DNA from: an uncultured Geobacteraceae bacterium | GTDB lineage: Bacteria > Desulfobacterota > Desulfuromonadia > Geobacterales > Pseudopelobacteraceae | DNA length: 64,000 nucleotides | Assembly (NCBI GenBank): GCA_903939115.1 | Contig: CAJAFV010000090.1 | Coordinates: forward strand, 34,075 to 98,074 | Reading direction: 5' to 3' | Shown here: positions 46,065 through 57,374 of the stretch, one piece after another | Layout of the letters: each line of letters starts with the position of its first letter | Numbering within the stretch: the stretch's first letter is position 1 | The notes under the pieces: model-generated | Database searches by the model: none | The model's input: the letters and a program-made list of their open reading frames with translations, nothing else | What the model was told of the DNA's origin: nothing | Position numbers and translations under genes: made by a program

Positions 46065-48473
46065 TTATCTGAGCGTTACCTGTAATTTATCGACCAGATT
46101 GGTAACAATTTCTTTGTGGAGCGCCACTATTTCTTCTTCGGCCAGCGTGCGCTCAATAGAGCGGTATCTTATTCGTACAGCGATACTTTTGAAGCCATCC
46201 GGAACACCTTTTCCGCGGTAGACATCAAATATTTGTACCTGTTCAACTTCTTTAGATTTTACCGCTTTAATGCAGTCGGTGATTTTTACGGCGGCAAGTT
46301 CTTCCGGAACCAACATCGCAATGTCGCGACTACTGTCGGGAAAACGGGAAGGAGCGCCAATGGTTTTCTTGGTTCGTGACAACTTTACAAGCTTTTCAAA
46401 GTCAAGTTCGAAGCAAAAAACCGGCTTTTCTAGTGCAAAGTTTTTCTGTACTGATGGGTGCAGTTCACCAACCGAACCGATACAGTCGCGTCCGGCTAAG
46501 ATCCGGCACGATTTACCAGGATGATAATACGGATCAAGATTGTCAGTTACCCAGCTTATCCCTCCGACATCGAGAAAATCGAGCAGTGACTCAACGATCC
46601 CCTTGACATCAAAGAAGTCAACCGGTTCATTGGGGCGACTCCACCCGTCTCCATCGCGGGAGCCGGTTACAGCTCCAACGATACAAAGCGGTTCGCGTGG
46701 CATATCTTCTCCCTCTCGTGGAAGATATACACGTCGTATTTCAAAGAGTTTAAGGTCCATAGAGCGGAAATTGATATTACGAGCCGTCGTTTCCAGCAGA
46801 CCGGGCAGCAGGGTGGTTTTCATGACTGACTGCTCATCAACCAGCGGGTTGGCAAGCTTGATAGCAAACCGTCGCGGGTCGCTGTCACTCAGGAGGAGCT
46901 TTCCTGCGGCATCGGGCGCTGTAAAGCTGAAGTTGATTACTTCGGTCATGCCGCAATTAACAAGCAGATTACGCAGCTGTTTTTCAATTTCCTGGTGCCG
47001 GGTCGGCCTGTCTGAAACGACGCGCGCAACCGGCATGGTTGCAGGGATCTTGTCATACCCGTTTAACCGGGCGATTTCCTCAATAAGATCTATTTCGCGT
47101 TCAATATCAATCCGGTACGATGGTGGCAGTACGCCTGCAGATCCATCGTTGTTCTGAGTTATCTGACATTCCAGTCGAGACAGAATATCAAGAATAACAT
47201 TCCGATCCAGGTCGATTCCGATTAACTCATTGGCTTTTTCGGGACGGAACGTGATTGGCGTCCGCTCGATTTTGCCCGGGTATTGATCAATTGCTTCCTC
47301 CGCAAGAACGCCGCCAGCCAATTCAACAATCAAAGAGGCGGCACGGTCAAGTGCGCGAACGACGCCATCGATGTCAATGCCGCGTTCAAAACGATGGGAC
47401 GACTCGGTATGTAGACCGTGACGCTTGGCTGTCTTGCGAATAGCTGCCGGCTTAAAGAAAGCGCTTTCAAGAAGAATCGAGGTTGTTGAAGCTTCGATCT
47501 CGGAGTTCAATCCCCCCATAACACCCGCTAATGCGACCGGGCGCTCGGCATCGCAAATGACGAGATCTGCTGCAGTTAACGTGCGTTGTTGATTGTCGAG
47601 AGTCGTGAACGTTTCGCCCTCTTCGGCTGCCCGAACAACAATACGCTTGCCGGAAAGGCGGAGGCAATCAAAGGCGTGCAGCGGTTGCCCCAACTCCATC
47701 ATTATCAGGTTGGTTACATCAACCACGTTGTTGATTGAGCGTATGCCGATTGCCGCGAGACGTTTGACAAGCCATTGTGGTGACGGTGAAATGGTGCACC
47801 CCGAAATGTAGCGTGCCGCGTAGCGAGGACAAAGTTCAGGATCCTTAATCGTTACCCCGATGACGGCATCGGTTTTTTCAGGACCTTCCACCAGAGAAAT
47901 GGATGGATAGTTGATTTTGATATCAAGTTTAGCAGCAATATCCCGGGCAATTCCTATCAGGCTTAAACAGTCGGAACGGTTGGGAGTGAGCCCTATTTCA
48001 AAAATCGTATCTTTCAATCCGAGTGCCGTAAAAACAGGCGTACCTAACGGTGCGATCCCCGGAGTCAGAACAATTATTCCCGCACTTTCTTCAGCCAGGC
48101 CGAGCTCTTTATCCGAGCAGAGCATTCCGCATGACTCTTCACCACGGATTTTTGAGCGTTTTATTTTGAAATCACCAGGAAGTATGGCGCCTGTCTGGGC
48201 CAAAACAACGGTGTCACCCTGTTTAAAGTTTTGCGCGCCGCAGACAACGTCAAGAACCTCTGTGCCATTGTTGACCCGGCAGAGCGAAAGTTTATCAGCA
48301 TTCGGGTGCTGACGCTTTTCCTCAACAAGCGCAACGACGACATCATCCAAGCCATCGCCAAGTTTCTCCATGGACTCAACTTCAAGCCCGAGCATGGTCA
48401 ACAGTGCCGCAAGTTCATCCGGATTCGCTTCAAAGTCGACAAATTCTTTAAGCCAGTTGTATGTAACGATCAT
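46065..48473 (-). CDS. pheT: phenylalanine--tRNA ligase beta subunit
   Basis: 802 aa. The N-terminus is MIVTYNWLKEFV, and the B3/4, B5 and FDX-ACB domain order is collinear with PheT. Confidence 0.97.
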   Translation of the reverse strand: MIVTYNWLKEFVDFEANPDELAALLTMLGLEVESMEKLGDGLDDVVVALVEEKRQHPNADKLSLCRVNNGTEVLDVVCGAQNFKQGDTVVLAQTGAILPGDFKIKRSKIRGEESCGMLCSDKELGLAEESAGIIVLTPGIAPLGTPVFTALGLKDTIFEIGLTPNRSDCLSLIGIARDIAAKLDIKINYPSISLVEGPEKTDAVIGVTIKDPELCPRYAARYISGCTISPSPQWLVKRLAAIGIRSINNVVDVTNLIMMELGQPLHAFDCLRLSGKRIVVRAAEEGETFTTLDNQQRTLTAADLVICDAERPVALAGVMGGLNSEIEASTTSILLESAFFKPAAIRKTAKRHGLHTESSHRFERGIDIDGVVRALDRAASLIVELAGGVLAEEAIDQYPGKIERTPITFRPEKANELIGIDLDRNVILDILSRLECQITQNNDGSAGVLPPSYRIDIEREIDLIEEIARLNGYDKIPATMPVARVVSDRPTRHQEIEKQLRNLLVNCGMTEVINFSFTAPDAAGKLLLSDSDPRRFAIKLANPLVDEQSVMKTTLLPGLLETTARNINFRSMDLKLFEIRRVYLPREGEDMPREPLCIVGAVTGSRDGDGWSRPNEPVDFFDVKGIVESLLDFLDVGGISWVTDNLDPYYHPGKSCRILAGRDCIGSVGELHPSVQKNFALEKPVFCFELDFEKLVKLSRTKKTIGAPSRFPDSSRDIAMLVPEELAAVKITDCIKAVKSKEVEQVQIFDVYRGKGVPDGFKSIAVRIRYRSIERTLAEEEIVALHKEIVTNLVDKLQVTLR

Positions 48474-48500
48474 ATCAAAGCACCATGAAATATAATTTAT

Positions 48501-49517
48501 TTAGAACTGTCGAAGAAAGCGGACATCGTTTTCAAAAAGGAGACGCATGTCAGAAATGCCGTATTTCAGCATAGCGATGCGTTCGATGCCCATGCCAAAG
48601 GCAAAACCGGAGATATTTTCAGCATCATACTGAACGTGACGATACACTTCCGGGTCAACCATTCCGGCTCCGAGGATTTCGAGCCATCCGCTGTTTTTAC
48701 AAACCCGGCACCCTTTACCGCCACAAATGACGCACGCAATATCGACTTCTGCCGATGGTTCAGTAAATGGGAAGTAGCTTGGGCGAAGGCGGACACCGGT
48801 CTTTTGGCCGAAGAGCTGGTTGGTAAAAACCGTCAGGATGCCTTTAAGGTCGCCAAAAGTGACCTTGCTGTCAACCATCAGTCCCTCGATCTGGTGAAAC
48901 ATCGGAGAGTGAGTGGCGTCGGAGTCGCACCGATACACCGTGCCAGGAGCTATGATCCGTACCGGCGGTTTTTGTTTAAGCATCGTACGTATTTGCACAG
49001 GGGAGGTATGAGTCCGCAACAGCAGGCTGTTTTCAACAAAAAAAGTATCCTGCATATCACGCGCGGGATGTTCGGGTGGGAAGTTGAGCGCTTCAAAATT
49101 ATACCAGTCATGCTCAATTTCCGGCCCTTCAGCGACGGAAAAACCGAGTCCGGCAAAAATCGAGCAGATTTCCTCAATAACGAGGGAAACCGGATGCTTC
49201 GTGCCCTTTTGAGCTCGTCGACCGGGAAGCGACGTGTCGATTCGTTCAGTCTGAAGTCGGGCCGCAATAACATTTTGCTGGGCTGATTCCAGCGCAGAGA
49301 CGAGTGCCGACTCAATCTCATCGCGTACCGAATTGACCAGCTGCCCAACGACGGGACGTTCTGCGGCATCCAGAGTACCGAGTCCCTTCATCAGTGCGGT
49401 CAGTTCACCTTTTCGGCCGAGCAGATTGATGCGAATATCCTGAAGTGCCTCTACTGAAGAGGATGCAGCTATAGCCTGCAGGGCACCGCTTTTTAATTGT
49501 TCCAGTTGTTCCCGCAT
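48501..49517 (-). CDS. pheS: phenylalanine--tRNA ligase alpha subunit
   Basis: 338 aa with class II aaRS motifs (HPARDMQDTFF, FRPSYFPFTEPSAEVD, GFAFGMGIERIAMLKYG). Confidence 0.97.
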   Translation of the reverse strand: MREQLEQLKSGALQAIAASSSVEALQDIRINLLGRKGELTALMKGLGTLDAAERPVVGQLVNSVRDEIESALVSALESAQQNVIAARLQTERIDTSLPGRRAQKGTKHPVSLVIEEICSIFAGLGFSVAEGPEIEHDWYNFEALNFPPEHPARDMQDTFFVENSLLLRTHTSPVQIRTMLKQKPPVRIIAPGTVYRCDSDATHSPMFHQIEGLMVDSKVTFGDLKGILTVFTNQLFGQKTGVRLRPSYFPFTEPSAEVDIACVICGGKGCRVCKNSGWLEILGAGMVDPEVYRHVQYDAENISGFAFGMGIERIAMLKYGISDMRLLFENDVRFLRQF

Positions 49518-49563
49518 AGTGATTACCTTCGAGAGAAGTTTTTGTTGCGTTAATGGCAGACGT

Positions 49564-49600
49564 TACAAAAAAGGGAATGGGAGCATATCCCATTCCCTTT
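49564..49600 (-). terminator. hairpin terminator/attenuator between rplT and pheS
   Basis: Minus strand: aaagggaatggga-tatgc-tcccattccctttttt. 13-bp stem followed by T6. Confidence 0.75.
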
Positions 49601-49623
49601 CTGTAAATAAACGTACAAAAAAA

Positions 49624-49977
49624 CTAGATTCCGGCCTTAGCAATTGCCGCAATCTGTGCAAATCCATTCGGGTCGGTAACTGCGATGTCAGCCAGTACTT
49701 TGCGATCGATCTGTACATCAGCCTTTTTGAGGCCAAAGATGAACTTGCTGTACGAAAGTCCATTAATACGGGAAGCCGCATTAATTCTGACGATCCACAG
49801 GCTACGGAAATCACGTTTTTTAACGCGGCGATCGCGGAAGGCATAATTTAACGCCCGGTCTACCGCTTCTGTCGCGCTACGGAACAGTTTGCTGCGTGCG
49901 CCACGGTAACCTTTAGCAAGCTTCAATACCTTGTTGCGTCTGCGTCTCGCTTTAAAACCCCTTTTAACTCTTGCCAT
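49624..49977 (-). CDS. rplT: 50S ribosomal protein L20
   Basis: 117 aa, beginning [26 protein letters not shown]. Confidence 0.97.
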   Translation of the reverse strand: MARVKRGFKARRRRNKVLKLAKGYRGARSKLFRSATEAVDRALNYAFRDRRVKKRDFRSLWIVRINAASRINGLSYSKFIFGLKKADVQIDRKVLADIAVTDPNGFAQIAAIAKAGI

Positions 49978-50085
49978 ACGTAACTACTCCTTCGTTGCTG
50001 AATTGGCCAGATCCATAAGGGGAGACAATTTCCTCATGGTTCGTGGCATTATGCATCTACTCACATAAAGTGAGTGAATAACCGG

Positions 50086-50283
50086 TTACTTGTACGGAAT
50101 CAAGCGGGCAATGTTCTTCTGGTCAACGGCTGCGACCATGGAACCACCACGAAGATTACGCTTACGCTTGCGACTCATGGGTGTCAAAATGTGACTGGTG
50201 AAAGCGCATCCACACTTGATACGGCCGGAAGCTGTTTTTTTGAAGCGCTTTGCGGCGCCGCGGTTGGTTTTAATCTTTGGCAT
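50086..50283 (-). CDS. rpmI: 50S ribosomal protein L35
   Basis: 65 aa, beginning [20 protein letters not shown]. Confidence 0.95.
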   Translation of the reverse strand: MPKIKTNRGAAKRFKKTASGRIKCGCAFTSHILTPMSRKRKRNLRGGSMVAAVDQKNIARLIPYK

Positions 50284-50334
50284 AAGATACTCCTTCTTAG
50301 TTATAAGAACTTACCTGTACAGGCATTTCTGTAG

Positions 50335-50853
50335 TTATTTTTTCGGTTTTGGAGCGACAATCATATACATATTTCGCCCCTCGACACGCGGGTGATTTTC
50401 AATGACACATACATCCTGCAGCTCTTTTGCTACTTTTTCGATTACTGCCCGACCAACGTCCATATGGGTTATTTCACGACCCCGGAAGACAAGTGTTATC
50501 TTTGCTTTGTTGCCTTCTTCAAGGAAACGCTTGACGTTGTTAATTTTAAATTCGAGGTCATGGCTATCCGTTTTTGGCCGTAACTTTATCTCTTTAAGCA
50601 GTACATGAACCTGTTTCTTTTTTGCTTCCTGCAGTTTTTTGCTCTGCTGATATTTGAACTTTCCATAGTCCATTATTCTGCAGACTGGTGGTACTGCCGT
50701 TGGTGAAACTTCAACAAGGTCCAACTGCTGCTGTTCGGCCAGTGCAAGAGCTTCTGAAAGAGAAAGAACGCCCAATGCTTCTCCTGTTGCGCCAATTACG
50801 CGAACTTCAGGAACTCTGATGGCCTGATTGATATTAACGGTCGGTTTTGCTAT
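50335..50853 (-). CDS. infC: translation initiation factor IF-3, non-AUG (AUA) start
   Basis: The conserved N-terminus INQAIRVPEVRVIG lies upstream of the ORF-track start. An in-frame ATA at 50853 sits 7 nt after an AGGAGG SD. This gives 172 aa. Confidence 0.85.
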   Translation of the reverse strand: MAKPTVNINQAIRVPEVRVIGATGEALGVLSLSEALALAEQQQLDLVEVSPTAVPPVCRIMDYGKFKYQQSKKLQEAKKKQVHVLLKEIKLRPKTDSHDLEFKINNVKRFLEEGNKAKITLVFRGREITHMDVGRAVIEKVAKELQDVCVIENHPRVEGRNMYMIVAPKPKK

Positions 50854-50912
50854 GACGACACCTCCTGACAGCTGTTTATTCTCACTGCTATCTGACGAAC
50901 TTACTTACTTAT

Positions 50913-52823
50913 TTATTTATAGTTTTTACATTCCTCTACAACAAAGGCCACAAATTCTTCCGGCTTCATAGCGGAGAGGTTTTTTCCGTCGCGATAACGA
51001 GGTGTTACTGTGCCCTGTTCTACTTCTTTATCGCCGATAACCAACATATACGGTATCTTTTGCAGTTGGGCCTCACGAATCTTGAAGCTCAGCTTTTCAT
51101 TGCGAACATCACGCTCAACCCGTATCCCGGCATTACGCAACTGGCGATAGACTTCCTGAGCATACGGAATCTGGCTATCCGTAACCGTCACAACTATCGC
51201 TTGTACCGGAGAAATCCACAGTGGGAAACTACCAGCAAAATGTTCAATAAGAACACCGATGAACCGCTCGATCGAACCGAGGATCACACGATGCACCATA
51301 ATGGGGCGTTTACGCTCGCCATCGGATGCAACATACGTCAGATCAAAGCGCTCCGGCAGGGTAAAATCGCACTGGATAGTAGCACACTGCCATCTCCTGT
51401 CAAGACAATCGCGCAGCTTTATATCTATTTTAGGCCCGTAAAACGCGCCATCACCTTCATTTATCTCGTAGGGACGACCCGAATCCTTAAGTGCAGACAG
51501 CAGTGCTTCCGTTGCCTGCTCCCAATCAGAATCAGAACCGATCGATTTTTCCGGTCTCGTTGAAAGTTCCATTTCATACTCAAAGCCGAAAATTGACATT
51601 ACATCGTTAACAAATGAGATAACACCTTTTATTTCGGCATCCAGTTGTTCCGGAGTACAGAGTATGTGTGCGTCATCCTGGGTAAAGCAGCGCACCCGCA
51701 TGAGTCCGTGGAGCACACCGGCCCGCTCGTGGCGATGGACGGTTCCGAGTTCAAAAAAGCGGAGCGGAAGATCGCGATAACTGCGCAGTTGTGACTTGTA
51801 AATCATCATGTGAGAAAGACAGTTCATCGGCTTGATGCCGTAGCTCTGTTCATCTACTTCGGTGAAATACATGTTCTCGCGATAATTCTCGTAGTGTCCT
51901 GAACGCTGCCAGAGTTCACTTTTAAGTATCTGTGGGCCGACAACAATATCGTAATCCCGCTTCAAATGCTCTTTCCGCTCAAAATCTTCAAGAACGGTGC
52001 GGAGCATGGCCCCTTTCGGATGCCAGATCGGGAAACCGGCGCCAACCTCGTCCGAGAAGGAAAACAGGTCCAGCTCTTTACCGATCTTGCGGTGGTCGCG
52101 CCGTTTTGCTTCTTCAAGCCGGTTCAGGTAGGCTTCCAGCTCCTTCTTGTCAACGAACGCAGTTCCGTAAATACGCTGAAGCATCCGGTTCTTTTCATTG
52201 CCGCGCCAGTAGGCACCGGCAATCGAGAGCAGTTTGAACGCTTTGATTTTGACGGTTGAAGGGAGATGCGGGCCGCGACAGAGGTCGGAGAATGTCCCCT
52301 GGCTGTAGACCGAAACCTGTTCAACGCCAAGGTCGGTAATCAGTTCGGTTTTATATGATTCCCCCATGGCTTCAAACATGGCGATTGCATCGGCGCTGGA
52401 ATATTCATGGCGCTCTATTTTCTGATCGGCAGCAGCCAGTACCAGCATCTTTGCTTCGATACGCTCAAGATCATCGGGCGTAAACGGCTTTTCCACGTCA
52501 AAGTCATAATAAAAGCCGGTTTCAATAGCAGGCCCGATGGTAACTTTAGCTTGAGGGAAGAGCTCTTTGACCGCCTGAGCCATCAGGTGAGATGTTGAGT
52601 GGCGAATGATTTCAAGCGCTTCAGGACTTTTTTCGGTAACAATCTCAACCCGGTCGCCGTCGGCCAGGCAGGAAGAAAGATCAACCAGCAGGCCGTTAAT
52701 CTTTCCGGCCAAAGCAGCTTTGGCGAGACCGGCGCCTATTGAGGCGGCGAGATCATAAACGGTGGCACCTTCCTGCAGTTCGCGAGAAGAGTTGTCCGGC
52801 AGAGTAATTGAAATTGTTACCAT
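50913..52823 (-). CDS. thrS: threonine--tRNA ligase
   Basis: 636 aa. It has a TGS domain, an editing domain, the class II core (FRHERAG-type: [17 protein letters not shown]) and an anticodon-binding domain. Confidence 0.97.
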   Translation of the reverse strand: MVTISITLPDNSSRELQEGATVYDLAASIGAGLAKAALAGKINGLLVDLSSCLADGDRVEIVTEKSPEALEIIRHSTSHLMAQAVKELFPQAKVTIGPAIETGFYYDFDVEKPFTPDDLERIEAKMLVLAAADQKIERHEYSSADAIAMFEAMGESYKTELITDLGVEQVSVYSQGTFSDLCRGPHLPSTVKIKAFKLLSIAGAYWRGNEKNRMLQRIYGTAFVDKKELEAYLNRLEEAKRRDHRKIGKELDLFSFSDEVGAGFPIWHPKGAMLRTVLEDFERKEHLKRDYDIVVGPQILKSELWQRSGHYENYRENMYFTEVDEQSYGIKPMNCLSHMMIYKSQLRSYRDLPLRFFELGTVHRHERAGVLHGLMRVRCFTQDDAHILCTPEQLDAEIKGVISFVNDVMSIFGFEYEMELSTRPEKSIGSDSDWEQATEALLSALKDSGRPYEINEGDGAFYGPKIDIKLRDCLDRRWQCATIQCDFTLPERFDLTYVASDGERKRPIMVHRVILGSIERFIGVLIEHFAGSFPLWISPVQAIVVTVTDSQIPYAQEVYRQLRNAGIRVERDVRNEKLSFKIREAQLQKIPYMLVIGDKEVEQGTVTPRYRDGKNLSAMKPEEFVAFVVEECKNYK

Positions 52824-52843
52824 ATTATTTTCCTTTAAAAGTC

Positions 52844-52874
52844 AAACAGAAAAGGCATCGAGACATCGATGCCT
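52844..52874 (-). terminator. hairpin terminator after tRNA-Val, upstream of thrS
   Basis: Minus strand: aggcatcga-tgtc-tcgatgcct followed by tttctgttt. Confidence 0.7.
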
Positions 52875-52904
52875 GCATTCTGCCCGTATTACTTCGCTTT
52901 AAAA

Positions 52905-52979
52905 TGGTAGGCGCGGGCGGTGTCGAACCGCCGACCTCTACCGTGTCAGGGTAGCGCTCTCCCGCTGAGCTACGCGCCT
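52905..52979 (-). tRNA. tRNA-Val (anticodon GAC)
   Basis: The reverse complement is AGGCGCGTAGCTCAGCGGGAGAGCGCTACCCTGACACGGTAGAGGTCGGCGGTTCGACACCGCCCGCGCCTACCA. Clean cloverleaf with anticodon loop CTGACAC. Confidence 0.95.
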
Positions 52980-53041
52980 ACATCAAAAAGCTGGAGAGTA
53001 ATAACAAGTTACGCTTCGGATGTCAAGCGGATTTTACTTTG

Positions 53042-54508
53042 TTAATTCATAGTTTTTTCCAACCTGGCAACGTTCTCCACATGGACCGTCTGGGGAAACA
53101 TGTCCACCGGTTGAATTTCACGACAGAGATACCCCCGTTTGTTGAGAATATCAAGATCACGAGTCAGGCTTTGCGGCGAGCAGGATACATAGATGATCGA
53201 CTTTGGACCGAGCGTAGCAACCCGCTCCAGCACGTTTTGATCACATCCTTTGCGGGGTGGGTTCAGCACTGCTACATCAACCGTTAGATGATCGCCTGCC
53301 ATCTCATCGAGCAGGTCGGCGACGTCTCCGGCTTCAAAGCGGCAATTCTTGATGCTGTTTATCCGGGCATTCATCCGGGCATCGGCCACCGCCTCTTCAA
53401 CTACTTCAACGCCGATCACATCTTTGGCGGATCCGGCGAGGAATAGAGATATCCCGCCAATACCGCAGTAGAGGTCAAGAACTGTCTCTGCTCCGGTAAG
53501 CCCGGCCCAGTCGCGTACTTTACTGTAAATCAGGTTGGCACCGCTATTGTTGACCTGAAAAAACGACCGTGGTGAAATCCTGAATGACACATCGCCAATC
53601 TGCTCCGTCAGGAACAGCTTCTTCGTCAGAAAAAAATCTTTCTGTCCCATGATTACATTGCCTTCGGTTGCATTCACATTCTGGACGACTATTTCCACCT
53701 CGGGAACCAGGTCCTGTACATACCGCCCCAGATGATGAATTTCATTGAAGGAGCGCTTCGACGTGACAAAAACAACCATCGCCTTTTTCTCATACGTCGA
53801 AACACGCACGACCAGATAGCGCAGCAGTCCCATCTTGCTTTGCGGATTATAAACCTGCACCTTTCCTTTTTTTATCCCCTTTCTCACAGCTTCTACCACT
53901 TTGTCGATAAGCGGGTGGTGGATCGGGCACTGCTCCAGATCGTACACGTCATGACTTGCCCGGCGGTAGATGCCGATGAATGGTTCCGAAAACTTGCCGG
54001 CAACCGTTAATTTTGCTGTTGTACGGTAATGGATCAGATTGTCGGGTGAAAGCAAGGGATGTACGACAATTCCCGATAACGCAGGATACTTGGCAATCTC
54101 AGCCAGAATCATGCCCCGTTTCCAGTTTTTCTGTTCTGAGTATTTCATGGCGATCAGCGGGCAGCCGAAGCAATCGGCACTCTCACGGCAGGGTGGGCTG
54201 TTGCTCCGCAACAGTGAAGGCTGCTGTAACTTCTTTACGTGACAAAAGGCGGTGCCGCCGGCGACATGATCGACGCCGGCAAAGACGACATCACCCGGTA
54301 AGGCGCCGCCGACCTTAAACGTCATCCCCTCTTCATTGCGTACTGTTCCATAGCCGTCTTCATCCAGAGAGGTTATGCGCAACTCCAGAACATTTTTTTT
54401 CGTCAACGGCACGAATGGTTTAGCCGTTACCGCCGTTTCTGTCTGCTTATGCGTTGACGCAGCTGAGGGTTTTGCCTTCGTATGATCATACTGATTGTTT
54501 TTCTTCAC
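53042..54508 (-). CDS. rlmD: TRAM-domain 23S rRNA (uracil-C5)-methyltransferase, RlmD/RumA family
   Basis: 488 aa. It has a TRAM domain, an Fe-S Cys cluster (CRESADCFGCP), a SAM motif LDLYCGIGGISLF, and the catalytic VLNPPRKGC and YVSCSPQSLTRDL motifs. Confidence 0.8.
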   Translation of the reverse strand: MKKNNQYDHTKAKPSAASTHKQTETAVTAKPFVPLTKKNVLELRITSLDEDGYGTVRNEEGMTFKVGGALPGDVVFAGVDHVAGGTAFCHVKKLQQPSLLRSNSPPCRESADCFGCPLIAMKYSEQKNWKRGMILAEIAKYPALSGIVVHPLLSPDNLIHYRTTAKLTVAGKFSEPFIGIYRRASHDVYDLEQCPIHHPLIDKVVEAVRKGIKKGKVQVYNPQSKMGLLRYLVVRVSTYEKKAMVVFVTSKRSFNEIHHLGRYVQDLVPEVEIVVQNVNATEGNVIMGQKDFFLTKKLFLTEQIGDVSFRISPRSFFQVNNSGANLIYSKVRDWAGLTGAETVLDLYCGIGGISLFLAGSAKDVIGVEVVEEAVADARMNARINSIKNCRFEAGDVADLLDEMAGDHLTVDVAVLNPPRKGCDQNVLERVATLGPKSIIYVSCSPQSLTRDLDILNKRGYLCREIQPVDMFPQTVHVENVARLEKTMN

Positions 54509-54523
54509 TGGGTATAGTTTCCT

Positions 54524-55129
54524 TTATTTCAGCGTTTCCAGATATTCACGGAACTTTCTGAATGCCTGAGCTCGATGGCTCAGTGAGTTTTTTTCTGCCA
54601 ATGTCAACTCCGCCATACTCCGGTCTAAGCCATCCACCAGAAAAAGGGGGTCATAGCCGAAGCCCCCGTCTCCCCTGGCTTCCGAGAGAATTCGTCCCGC
54701 AATCCTGCCCGAAAAGAGCTGTTCATCACCCTCTGGAGTCACAAATGCCAGCACACAGACAAAGGCTGCCTGAAGTTGTTCGGCAGGGATCTTCGAGCAC
54801 TCTTCAAGCAGTCGTGCGTTATTAGCGGCATCCCCGGTCCCTTCACCGGTTCCTTCACCGGCAAAGCGCGCCGAAAAAACACCGGGGCGTCCATCCAGGG
54901 CATCAACCACAAGTCCCGAGTCATCAGCCAAGGCTGGAAGGGCTGTGAAACGTGATGCCTCGCGGGCTTTTTTGAGAGCGTTTTCTTCGAAGGTGATTCC
55001 ATCTTCAATAGTGTCTGGAAAATCAACAAAATCCGCAGCGCTGCAGACCTGATCAACCAAACCGGACAGCAGTGCATTGATTTCAATAATTTTGCCGTTA
55101 TTACGGGTGGCAACGACCAGACGTTTCAT
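54524..55129 (-). CDS. rdgB: XTP/dITP diphosphatase (non-canonical purine NTP pyrophosphatase)
   Basis: 201 aa, Ham1 family ([40 protein letters not shown]). Confidence 0.92.
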   Translation of the reverse strand: MKRLVVATRNNGKIIEINALLSGLVDQVCSAADFVDFPDTIEDGITFEENALKKAREASRFTALPALADDSGLVVDALDGRPGVFSARFAGEGTGEGTGDAANNARLLEECSKIPAEQLQAAFVCVLAFVTPEGDEQLFSGRIAGRILSEARGDGGFGYDPLFLVDGLDRSMAELTLAEKNSLSHRAQAFRKFREYLETLK

Positions 55130-55842
55130 ACGGTCAGTGCCCCTCGTTGAAAGGCAAAGAGTTGCTGGGCGCCTGCAAGCGCAAGATCCCGCATGGCGTC
55201 CATTTCAGCGCTCGTAAAAGGTTCAGTCTCAGCGGTTCCCTGAACTTCCACAAAACGACCGCTGGAGGTGATAACAAAATTCATATCAACTTCTGCAGAA
55301 GAGTCCTCTATATAGTTAAGGTCCAGCAGAGCCTCCCCGCCCACTATGCCGACACTGACTGCGGCAACCGCTTCCTTGAGAGGTATTTCAGCCAGAAGCC
55401 CCTTCGTTTTCAACGTGGTTAACGCGTCAACAAGAGCAACATACGCGCCGGTTATTGAGGCGGTACGTGTTCCGCCATCAGCCTGTATGACATCACAATC
55501 GATGTATACCGAGCGCTCGCCAAGCATTTTCAGGTCTGTTACCGCCCTCAGAGAGCGACCGATCAGGCGTTGAATTTCCAGAGTACGTCCGGTCTGCTTA
55601 CCTTTCGCCGCTTCACGGGAAGAACGGGTATGTGTTGCCCTCGGCAGCATGGCATATTCGGCCGTCACCCAGCCGGTTCCCTTACCCCGCAGAAAAGGGG
55701 GTACCGACTCCTCAACTGATGCGGTACAGAGTACCTTGGTATCACCAAATTCAATCAGTACGGAACCTTCCGCATGCTTGGTGAAATTACGCGTAATCAC
55801 TATTGGCCGTAATACTTTGGCAGAGCGTCCATCATTTCTCAT
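55126..55842 (-). CDS. rph: ribonuclease PH
   Basis: 238 aa. Motifs: [51 protein letters not shown]. Confidence 0.97.
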   Translation of the reverse strand: MRNDGRSAKVLRPIVITRNFTKHAEGSVLIEFGDTKVLCTASVEESVPPFLRGKGTGWVTAEYAMLPRATHTRSSREAAKGKQTGRTLEIQRLIGRSLRAVTDLKMLGERSVYIDCDVIQADGGTRTASITGAYVALVDALTTLKTKGLLAEIPLKEAVAAVSVGIVGGEALLDLNYIEDSSAEVDMNFVITSSGRFVEVQGTAETEPFTSAEMDAMRDLALAGAQQLFAFQRGALTV

Positions 55843-55997
55843 ATATATGTGACTCCTTTATGTTCAAATAATCAAAACAGAGAGCTGTTCATTAACCTTT
55901 CAGCGGAGCAGAGTCAAATAAAAAGGTTGGCCAAACAACGTGCCTTACTGGTAAAAAGGAGAGTATGAAGTCACGTTCATCTATATAGGGAGGGTCT

Positions 55998-57251
55998 ATG
56001 AAAACATTACTGTTGTCTACTTCCGTTTGTTTGTTGCTTGCAGTCGCTGTTTCTGCCTTCGGTGCTGAAATACAGAAACCGTATCCACATTACTGGATGA
56101 GCATTGCCACCAGCAACCAGAATATTCCCGGCATGCCTGCCGGGATGGGCGGCATAGCATCTCTGTTTGGGGGTAAAAAAATGTTCGGGCCGCAGCGCGA
56201 ACTGCATATGCAGCTGGAATCCCCATTGGTGCAGGGCGACGCCCCGAAAGCTGACCATGCAATTCCTCCAGAACAGAAAATGGGGGCATCACTGCCGCTT
56301 GTGACTCCCGTAGCGGAAAAGTCGGAGCGTGTACCTTCTGAACAGGGAGAGTTGCCTGAAAAATATGAGAAACCGAAGGCGCGGATGTTGATTTATTGGG
56401 GGTGCGGCGAAGCTGTCGGAAAAGGGCAGCCAAAAGTAATTGATACCGAAACGATGAGTCCGGCTGCTTTTGGTACGGCGTTTGCCGGTCGTACGCCGAC
56501 CCGTCAGACACCGCCATCTCCCCGCAAAGGTTGGACCTACGGCGAATGGCCGAACAAAGACGATCGAACAGAAATACCGGCTGAAAGTTCACTGGTCGGC
56601 AGCCACATGGTCAAAGGTAACTACACCCCGGATATTTCCTTTGCTCTGGATAAAAAGCGCGATTTTATGGCTCCGGTTGAGTTTTCTCCACTGCAGAAAT
56701 CAGCTGCCGGAGCAGTGAAGACTGAGTGGCAAGCGATCCCGACCGCAATCGGTTATTTTGCGACGGCAATCGGCCACAATCAGGATACCGGCGAATCGAT
56801 CTTCTGGTCGTCAAGCGAGGTTTCTGAGCTTGGCTTTGCCCTGCAGGACTATCTCATCCCGGCTGACGTTGCCCGCTTTATCAAAGAGAAAGTAATTTTG
56901 GACCCGTCAAAAACATCCTGCACCGTCCCGCCGGTTTTTAAGGGTGGGCAGCCGGCTATGCTCCAGTTTATCGCCTATGGAGAAGAGCTGAATCTGGTTC
57001 ATCCGCCGAAGCCAAAAGACCCGAAAAAGCGGTGGGATATTGAATGGTCAGCCAAAGTCAGGCTGAAATCGACGGCAATGATGCCGCTGATGGCGCAAGA
57101 TGACGGTGAGGCTTCACGTACCAGCTCGTCCTCAAAGAAAGCGAAAACAAACCGAGATGTCAAGGATGCTTCACCCGATTCTTCCGATACCGGCACAAAT
57201 GATCCGGTGAAAGAAATCGGTAATCGTCTGCGCGGTATTTTCGGGTTATAA
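55998..57251 (+). CDS. exported hypothetical protein
   Basis: 417 aa. GGGAGG SD. Signal peptide MKTLLLSTSVCLLLAVAVSAFGA. The C-terminal tail is S/K/D-rich. I recognise no family. Confidence 0.7.
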   Translation: MKTLLLSTSVCLLLAVAVSAFGAEIQKPYPHYWMSIATSNQNIPGMPAGMGGIASLFGGKKMFGPQRELHMQLESPLVQGDAPKADHAIPPEQKMGASLPLVTPVAEKSERVPSEQGELPEKYEKPKARMLIYWGCGEAVGKGQPKVIDTETMSPAAFGTAFAGRTPTRQTPPSPRKGWTYGEWPNKDDRTEIPAESSLVGSHMVKGNYTPDISFALDKKRDFMAPVEFSPLQKSAAGAVKTEWQAIPTAIGYFATAIGHNQDTGESIFWSSSEVSELGFALQDYLIPADVARFIKEKVILDPSKTSCTVPPVFKGGQPAMLQFIAYGEELNLVHPPKPKDPKKRWDIEWSAKVRLKSTAMMPLMAQDDGEASRTSSSSKKAKTNRDVKDASPDSSDTGTNDPVKEIGNRLRGIFGL

Positions 57252-57374
57252 CCTGTCGAGGCTGATAAAACCACATTGACGTTTCAGACGATTGAATGAT
57301 ATCTATAGCGCCCGTTCTATCTGAAGCCTGCTCAACAGGCATCCGGATGAAAAATTTTATTCAGGAGGTTTCAC

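Noticed and set aside
55928-55943. TGGCCAAACAACGTGC upstream of the 55998 gene might be a sigma-54 promoter.
   Set aside because: The GG-GC spacing is off by one, and the -12 region lacks the TTGC core.
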